From Cyanophyceae cyanobacterium (GTDB taxonomy: Bacteria > Cyanobacteriota > Cyanobacteriia > Cyanobacteriales > JBHJGN01), in the NCBI GenBank assembly GCA_050331735.1, contig JBHJGN010000016.1, positions 1-64,000 of the forward strand: a stretch of 64,000 nt of DNA, in the 5' to 3' direction. The notes below the pieces were generated by a model. That model made no database searches and was not told where the DNA came from. It saw nothing but the letters and a program-made list of their open reading frames with translations. The position numbers and the translations under genes were made by a program. How positions within the stretch are numbered: position 1 is the stretch's first letter; each line of letters starts with the position of its first letter. Of the stretch, positions 58,045 to 64,000 are shown one piece after another.

Positions 58045-59241
58045 ATGGTTCCGTTCAGCTTGTGCATGATTGTCAAAAACGAAGAGGCAGCTCTACCACA
58101 GTGTTTAGAAAGCGTTCAGAATGTCGTTGACGAGATGGTGGTGCTGGATACTGGCTCTACCGATCAAACCATAGCAGTTGCCCAAAGCTTCGGGGCTAGG
58201 GTCCACACCTTTGAGTGGGACGGTAGTTTCGCTTCGGCACGGAATCAGGCACTTCAGCACGTGCAGGGAGACTGGGTGTTGGTGCTGGATGCCGATGAGG
58301 TTCTCAGACCAGAAGTGGTGCCGCTGATGCAGCAGGCAATGGCAGTGGAAAACAATTTAGTGATTAATCTATTACGACAGGAAATTGGAGCCGTACAGTC
58401 ACCCTATTCTTCGGTGTCTCGCCTATTTCGCCGTCACCCGCAGATTTACTTTTCCCGCCCCTACCACGCCATGATAGATGACAGTGTGGCACAGCTTTGG
58501 CAGCAAGAACCTCACTGGCAAATCGTTGAGCTATCAACCGTAGCCATTTTGCACTACGGCTATCAGCCAGGAGTCATTACCGCTCAAGATAAGTACGCGA
58601 AAGCCAGACAAGCTATGGAAGGGTTTCTGGCGACTCACCCAGACGATCCCTATACCTGTAGTAAGCTGGGAGGACTTTACTTGCAAATGGGTCAAGTTGA
58701 GGAAGCGATCGCTCTCCTGACGCGAGGACTAACCGCCCAGGGAGATGCTCCTGTGCTGTTTGAGCTTCACTATCACCTTGGTAATGCCTATCGTACCCAA
58801 GATTCCAATCAAGCCGTTCAGCACTACCAGCGGGCGATCGCCCAGCCGATTCTGCCGAGATTAAAGCTCGGAGCCTACAATAATCTCGGTGCGTTGCTCC
58901 AGGCAGCCGGCGAAGGCCAAGCTGCCCAGAAAATTTATCAAATGGCGTTAGCAATTGACCCCAGTTTTGCCGTTGGATACTACAACTTGGGGATGACCCT
59001 TAAGGCCCAGGGACGTTATTCAGAAGCGATTACCGCTTATCGGCAAGCCATTCGCCTCGAACCTCACTACGGGTTTGCCTACCAAAATTTAGGAGTCGCT
59101 TTGTTTAAACTGGGTCAGCTTCCGGAAAGTCAGGAGGCCTTCACCACCGCTATCCGTCTTCACGAAGCGCAAAATCCCCCAGAGGCGCAGAGACTCCGCC
59201 AAGGATTGCAGGCGCTCGGCCTGAGTCCTGCTACTTGGTGA
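58045..59241 (+). CDS. GT2 glycosyltransferase with TPR repeats
   Basis: SLCMIVKNEE, DTGSTDQT, FASARN, LDADE and HYGY; C-terminal TPRs (YNNLG, YYNLG, YQNLG). Confidence 0.9.
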   Translation: MVPFSLCMIVKNEEAALPQCLESVQNVVDEMVVLDTGSTDQTIAVAQSFGARVHTFEWDGSFASARNQALQHVQGDWVLVLDADEVLRPEVVPLMQQAMAVENNLVINLLRQEIGAVQSPYSSVSRLFRRHPQIYFSRPYHAMIDDSVAQLWQQEPHWQIVELSTVAILHYGYQPGVITAQDKYAKARQAMEGFLATHPDDPYTCSKLGGLYLQMGQVEEAIALLTRGLTAQGDAPVLFELHYHLGNAYRTQDSNQAVQHYQRAIAQPILPRLKLGAYNNLGALLQAAGEGQAAQKIYQMALAIDPSFAVGYYNLGMTLKAQGRYSEAITAYRQAIRLEPHYGFAYQNLGVALFKLGQLPESQEAFTTAIRLHEAQNPPEAQRLRQGLQALGLSPATW

Positions 59242-59351
59242 CAGCAAGGACTAACAGCCCTCTTCCTTGCTTCTCTGTGTTCTAGAATAGGCTATCATTC
59301 CCTCTCTCGATCTCTTGTCAGGAACACTTCACAAGCTGGACACTTCCACCG

Positions 59352-60794
59352 ATGCTCAAGCAACTTCTCCCCATCGATCGCCTTGCTCTCTCCTTAATGC
59401 TCGTCTTGAGTGTGATGATTGGAGTATTAGTGTGGGGAGGAGAAGCGTGCGGCACAAACTGCTTGTTCCGTTTTGGATCTCCCATTCAATTTAGCTGGCA
59501 AAATCAAGAGATTAGCGCAGAGGATCAGGCATTTATTTTAACCTTTGAGCGCCCAGTCGATCGAGAAAGCGTTGAGCAAAATTTAGCGCTTGAGCCAGTA
59601 CTCCCCGGCAAGATTAGCTGGGCCGGGAAAAGACTAGCCTACACCTTAGAAACCCCGGCTCCTTACGGCGAATCCTACCGAGTCTTTTTGCAGGGAGTCA
59701 AGGTAGCCGCTAATGAGGAAACACTGCCGCCCTTTGAAGGACAGTTTAGTACCCGCGATCGCGCTTTTGCCTATATCGGGAGCGAAGCAGAAGAACAGGG
59801 ACGATTAATCTTCTTTAACCTCACCAGAAAAGCGAAAACGATTTTAACGCCTGCCGATTTAGTGGTCAGCGATTTCCAGTTCTATTCCCAAGGAAACAAA
59901 ATTCTGTTCTCTGCTGCTCCATCTGATGCTAGCAATACGCTCCAGTCTTTGCGACTGTATACCGTTTCAATGAATGAACAGCCCCAGATAGAGTTACTGC
60001 TAGACAATCAACACTATCAAAATCATCAGTTTGAGATTACCCCGGATGGTCAATCCGTTGTGGTTCAGCGGGTCAATCAACAAAATCCAGCAGATTTTGG
60101 GTTGTGGCTGATTACCCCCGACCGAGAGCCCCGTCCGCTTAACATCTCTGGGGGAGAATTTTTAATTGCGCCGGACGGTCAAACTCTGGCTGTCGCTCAA
60201 GGAGAAGGCATCGGCTTGTTCCCCCTAGAGCCAGGGGCAGAACCGCTCAATTTTCTACCGCAGTTTGGTAAAGTTCTTAACTTTTCTCCCGATGGTTCTG
60301 CTGCCGCCATGGTAAATTTCAACACCAACGATCCGCAGCGTCGCTATACGCGATCGCTCTACTACGTCACTAATCAAGGGGAACAGAAAGAGCTGCTCAA
60401 TATTAAAGGTTCTATTGTCGATTGTCAGTTCGCACCGACCTCCACTGCTCTATACTGTCTGCTGACTGAGCTACTAGAGAAAGAGGAATACCAAGAGCAA
60501 CCTTATTTTGCCAAAATCGATCTCCAAACCGCCACCATTCAGCCAGTGTTCACTCTCCCCGATTACCAAGACATCGAGGTTAGTTTAGCTCCCGATGGTT
60601 TAGGCTTGCTGTTCGATCAGATAGTGACCGCAGACATCCCCATGACTGATGCCCCCATTGCTGATTCTGGTGAAGCGATTGTGAGTAGTCGTCTGTGGAT
60701 GCTGATTCTTCCTGCCGCGCATCTATCTGAGAATAGTCAACCCCAACTAGAGCCCCTACCGCTAGCAGGCATTCGTCCCCAGTGGATGCCCTGA
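59352..60794 (+). CDS. Membrane-anchored Ig-like plus TolB-like beta-propeller protein
   Basis: N-terminal TM; Big_5-like LTFERPVDRESVE...PGKISW; PDG repeats. Confidence 0.72.
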   Translation: MLKQLLPIDRLALSLMLVLSVMIGVLVWGGEACGTNCLFRFGSPIQFSWQNQEISAEDQAFILTFERPVDRESVEQNLALEPVLPGKISWAGKRLAYTLETPAPYGESYRVFLQGVKVAANEETLPPFEGQFSTRDRAFAYIGSEAEEQGRLIFFNLTRKAKTILTPADLVVSDFQFYSQGNKILFSAAPSDASNTLQSLRLYTVSMNEQPQIELLLDNQHYQNHQFEITPDGQSVVVQRVNQQNPADFGLWLITPDREPRPLNISGGEFLIAPDGQTLAVAQGEGIGLFPLEPGAEPLNFLPQFGKVLNFSPDGSAAAMVNFNTNDPQRRYTRSLYYVTNQGEQKELLNIKGSIVDCQFAPTSTALYCLLTELLEKEEYQEQPYFAKIDLQTATIQPVFTLPDYQDIEVSLAPDGLGLLFDQIVTADIPMTDAPIADSGEAIVSSRLWMLILPAAHLSENSQPQLEPLPLAGIRPQWMP

Positions 60795-60954
60795 CGGATG
60801 CTGACCGATGTTTGAAAAAACTGAACGACCTCCAGCGAACAACTAGCATTAGCAACTCTTTCCTCCTGCAAAGCTGCACATCACGCCTTCTGCCTTGCAC
60901 CGGAGGGTCAGGACAATCATCCTACAGCCGATGCGATCTCTTTGTTAATGAGAG

Positions 60955-61095
60955 TAATACCAATTAGAAAAAGTAATAGGAGACTTGATGAGTTGGGGGA
61001 AAGCGTTAAAGGAAGCACAGCAGCTCTTTGCCCTAGAACCTCCAATGCTTCGATAGTTAAAGGATCTATATCACTATTTTCCGTAAATGGTATAA
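60955..61095 (-). mobile_element. MITE-like element, copy 3 (inverted)
   Basis: Reverse complement aligns end to end with 44296-44450. Confidence 0.8.
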
Positions 61096-61731
61096 CGCTA
61101 TGCCTGCATTTTCCGCTTGCTGAAACATTTTTCCTTTGTTATTCTCTCAACTCACAAAAAAGGAATAAAGACTCTGAGCGCGACAAGAAGAGAGCAGCTA
61201 TCCTTTTGAGCAATAATACTGACAGTGAGCTCTTGCTTATTTTAATTTGCGTGGTATTACAATTGCTCTTTTCCTATCTTGGCTTTGTAATCTGCAATCT
61301 TTTAATGCTTTTGACGAATCAACAAACTCTGTACAAAAGCATTGTTTCTAAAACACTTTTTCTGGATGACAAGTGGCAAGGTTGCCATTCATTTGAATCT
61401 TGCAACTAATTAAGCTTTTAACTTTTTAGGTTTTCAACATTTCCTGATTAGTTTTGTCTTTCTGCTGGTGCAGCGAGCTAAGTAATCCGTGTACGCACTG
61501 ACACATCAAGGTTAAAGCCTGAAAAATCAGTAGTATTACAATTTTTTCTTGCTGGCTCTGTTTTTACGATTGAAACCGAGAAGTGGATCTTTACCGAGTA
61601 TCGGCTATCGAAATATTGAGTTTTCAATTCTTTTCTCATTCAATGGGTGTTCATCGCTGAACGCAGTTTGGGATTTTAATCATTACCAAAAAAAATATTA
61701 ACAAGATTCGTTACTTAAACTATTTGCACCT

Positions 61732-64000
61732 ATGTCTAACAACTCATCTTTTCAAGATTATTTTGAAACTATTGATTCACTTTTTAGCACTAACTTAAGT
61801 GAGGATTTGGCCAATAGTGGCATGAGCGGGGAATTAGACAACGCGAATATTCAGCTCGCCTCATTTCAAGATTCCTCAACTGCTCAGCTTCTTCGTGAAA
61901 TGACTCCTGAAGCACCCAAGCCCAATCCTCTTCAGCAGTCAGAGAAGCGCCGCAATTTAGCATCGATCCAGCCCGAAGCGCTGCTCGACCGTTTCGCTGA
62001 TATTCGCCAACGGGCTCAACAGAATGACTTTCAAGAGCAGCTTAGCGCTAACAATGCCACACAGCGTTCTACAAACATACTAGCCGAAAAGATAGGCTGG
62101 CTCGGCAATGGTGGCCAGTCAACTATGGAGCACTTGCTCATCTGTAGCTGTGCCTATTGCCACAATCCTGTCTTTGAGACTCCAGAAGTTGAGCGATCGC
62201 CTCAGCCAAGTGGTTCTGCTGTTGAGGTGAGTCAGGCGCTAGCAGCACTACCGCTATTGAGCAGCAATCCGAATGCAGACGCTAAAATCTATCTCGACTT
62301 TAATGGACACGTCACCTCTAATACTTATTGGAACTCCAAGTACAAGGACGGTCAAGATTTTACAACTCCCGCGTATGATACTGATTCGGATACCAGTACC
62401 TTCAGTAGCTCTGAACTCGGCAGAATTGAAAAAATCTGGCAGCGAGTAGCCGAAGATTATGCTCCATTTAACGTTGACATTACCACCATCGACCCGGGGG
62501 ATTTTTCTGCCAAGTCAGGATTGCGGGTTGTCATTGGTGGTTCCTCAAAAAGTTGGTTCGGCAAAAGCGCCGGTGGCGTCGCCTTCATCAACTCGTGGCG
62601 GTGGAGTAGTGATACTCCTGTGTATGTTTTTGAAAATCAGTTGGGCAACGGCAACATTAAGTATACAGCCGAAGCTATTTCCCACGAAGTGGGCCACGCC
62701 CTGGGCTTGTATCATCAAAGTTCCTACAGTGCCAGCGGAGAGAAAACGTCTGAATATTATTCCGGTAGTGGTAAGGGAGAGACAGGTTGGGCTCCCATTA
62801 TGGGAAACAGCTACTCCAAAAATCTTACCACCTGGCATAACGGGACTAATAGCAAAGGCTCGGAGTCCTACCAGGATGAGCTCGCCATCATCGCTTCAGA
62901 TACGAACGGATTTGGCTATCGCGCTGACGACCACGGCAATACCAATGCCTCCGCAACACAACTAATCGGCAGTGAGACGGTTAGCGGTGCAGGCATTATC
63001 AGCACCAAAAACGATGTCGATGTATTTTCCTTCCAAACGGGGGCGGGAGACGTTAGTTTTGATATTGACGTGGCGACCGAAGGCGCCAACTTAGATATTG
63101 TTGCCGAGCTGTACCAAGGTAACAAGCGACTGCTGCGCAATAATCCAACGGACAAACTCGATGCGAGCTTGAGTACCTTTCTAGAGGCGGGGACATACTC
63201 CCTCCACATCAAAAGCAACGGCGATTACGGACGACTGGGCCAATACACGCTGCAAGGCAACATTAATCCTCTAAGCCAGCCTGACCCAATTCTCTCCGTC
63301 AGCGACGTCACCATCAGCGAAGGAAACAGTGACGAGGCTCAAGCACTAGTGACGGTAGAGTTGAATCAGCCATCCTCGAAACCAGTAGCTGTAAAGTACA
63401 CCACGGTAGATGGGAGTGCGATCGCCGCTGAAGATTACGTGGCTCAAAACGGCACTCTCACCTTCAATCCCGGTCAGACTCGCCAAACAATTGCCGTTGA
63501 CATCCTAGGCGATTTGCAAGCGGAGGACACCGAGACTTTCTCGCTTCAGTTTAGTCAAGCCACTAACGGACAGCTTTCCGATCCCGTCGCGACAGTTGCG
63601 ATTCTCGATGATGATGTAGCAGACTCCGTTACCGCAACCATCGCTGAAATTGGCCGAGTAGAGGCGATTAACCACCAGCAGCAAACCATTGTGCTTGACC
63701 AACGCTATACCAATCCGGTCGTTTTTGCCCAACCTCTGTCTCGCAATGGCGGTCAAACTGCCACAGTTCGCATCGACAATATTCAAAGCGATCGCTTTAC
63801 GGCCTCCATTCAAGAACCCGGTAATTTAGATAACTGGCATACCTCAGAAAGCTTTAGCTACCTGGTCGTCGAAGCCGGAACTTGGCAGCTAGCAGACGGC
63901 ACTTTTTTAGAAGCTGGCACCTTAAACACCAATGCCACCACCACAGATGCTTGGGCAACGGTTAACTGGGAGACAGACTTCGACGGAACTCCAGTAGTCC
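61732..64000 (+). CDS. Large extracellular metzincin metalloprotease with PPC-like and Calx-beta domains (3' truncated by window)
   Basis: Manual translation from ATG 61732: LSSNPNADAKIYLDFNGH, HEVGHALGLYH (62683-62715), Met-turn WAPIMG, DDHGN, DVDVFSF, and Calx-beta at about 63290-63615. Runs off the window end, so it is absent from the ORF track. Confidence 0.85.
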   Translation, partial: MSNNSSFQDYFETIDSLFSTNLSEDLANSGMSGELDNANIQLASFQDSSTAQLLREMTPEAPKPNPLQQSEKRRNLASIQPEALLDRFADIRQRAQQNDFQEQLSANNATQRSTNILAEKIGWLGNGGQSTMEHLLICSCAYCHNPVFETPEVERSPQPSGSAVEVSQALAALPLLSSNPNADAKIYLDFNGHVTSNTYWNSKYKDGQDFTTPAYDTDSDTSTFSSSELGRIEKIWQRVAEDYAPFNVDITTIDPGDFSAKSGLRVVIGGSSKSWFGKSAGGVAFINSWRWSSDTPVYVFENQLGNGNIKYTAEAISHEVGHALGLYHQSSYSASGEKTSEYYSGSGKGETGWAPIMGNSYSKNLTTWHNGTNSKGSESYQDELAIIASDTNGFGYRADDHGNTNASATQLIGSETVSGAGIISTKNDVDVFSFQTGAGDVSFDIDVATEGANLDIVAELYQGNKRLLRNNPTDKLDASLSTFLEAGTYSLHIKSNGDYGRLGQYTLQGNINPLSQPDPILSVSDVTISEGNSDEAQALVTVELNQPSSKPVAVKYTTVDGSAIAAEDYVAQNGTLTFNPGQTRQTIAVDILGDLQAEDTETFSLQFSQATNGQLSDPVATVAILDDDVADSVTATIAEIGRVEAINHQQQTIVLDQRYTNPVVFAQPLSRNGGQTATVRIDNIQSDRFTASIQEPGNLDNWHTSESFSYLVVEAGTWQLADGTFLEAGTLNTNATTTDAWATVNWETDFDGTPVV

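Noticed and set aside
60942..61409. 155-aa ORF (also the 44139-44441 ORF)
   Set aside because: Both read through MITE copies and adjacent intergenic or antisense DNA, with no protein-like features.
1..64000. Abundant GCGATCGC octamers
   Set aside because: HIP1 is a well-known cyanobacterial feature; used only as a taxonomic clue.

Overview
Cyanobacterial chromosomal window: the HIP1 octamer GCGATCGC recurs throughout, and chlM, cikA and SphR-type Pho boxes are present. Core genes are cobN, cikA, nanE, sbcC, phnCDE, pepP, murT, panB, chlM and polA. They are interspersed with accessory genes: a formamidase-family enzyme with a signal peptide plus a Tat-type partner, a DUF4838-like secreted protein, a fluoroacetate-dehalogenase-like hydrolase, two tandem beta-helix/FG-GAP paralogues, an ExeM-like RTX nuclease and a metzincin cut off by the window edge. 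The most notable item is a complete IS605-type element (54247-56321) inserted 30 bp upstream of polA. Its end hairpins predict a CCAC target motif (TAM) and the guide AAGGACAAATGAGACAACC. Its tnpB carries two hairpin segments, and the second follows an in-frame TGA that cuts off a QLSLF clamp-motif tail. Other signals: a three-copy ~140-155 bp MITE-like element with an inverted core in one copy; GNA-triloop mini-hairpin repeats, two of them in frame inside cobN; a shared palindromic promoter motif 20-21 nt upstream of -10 boxes; and an unannotated 43-aa membrane peptide followed by a rod-like structured segment. All family assignments come from motif recognition by eye; no searches were run.
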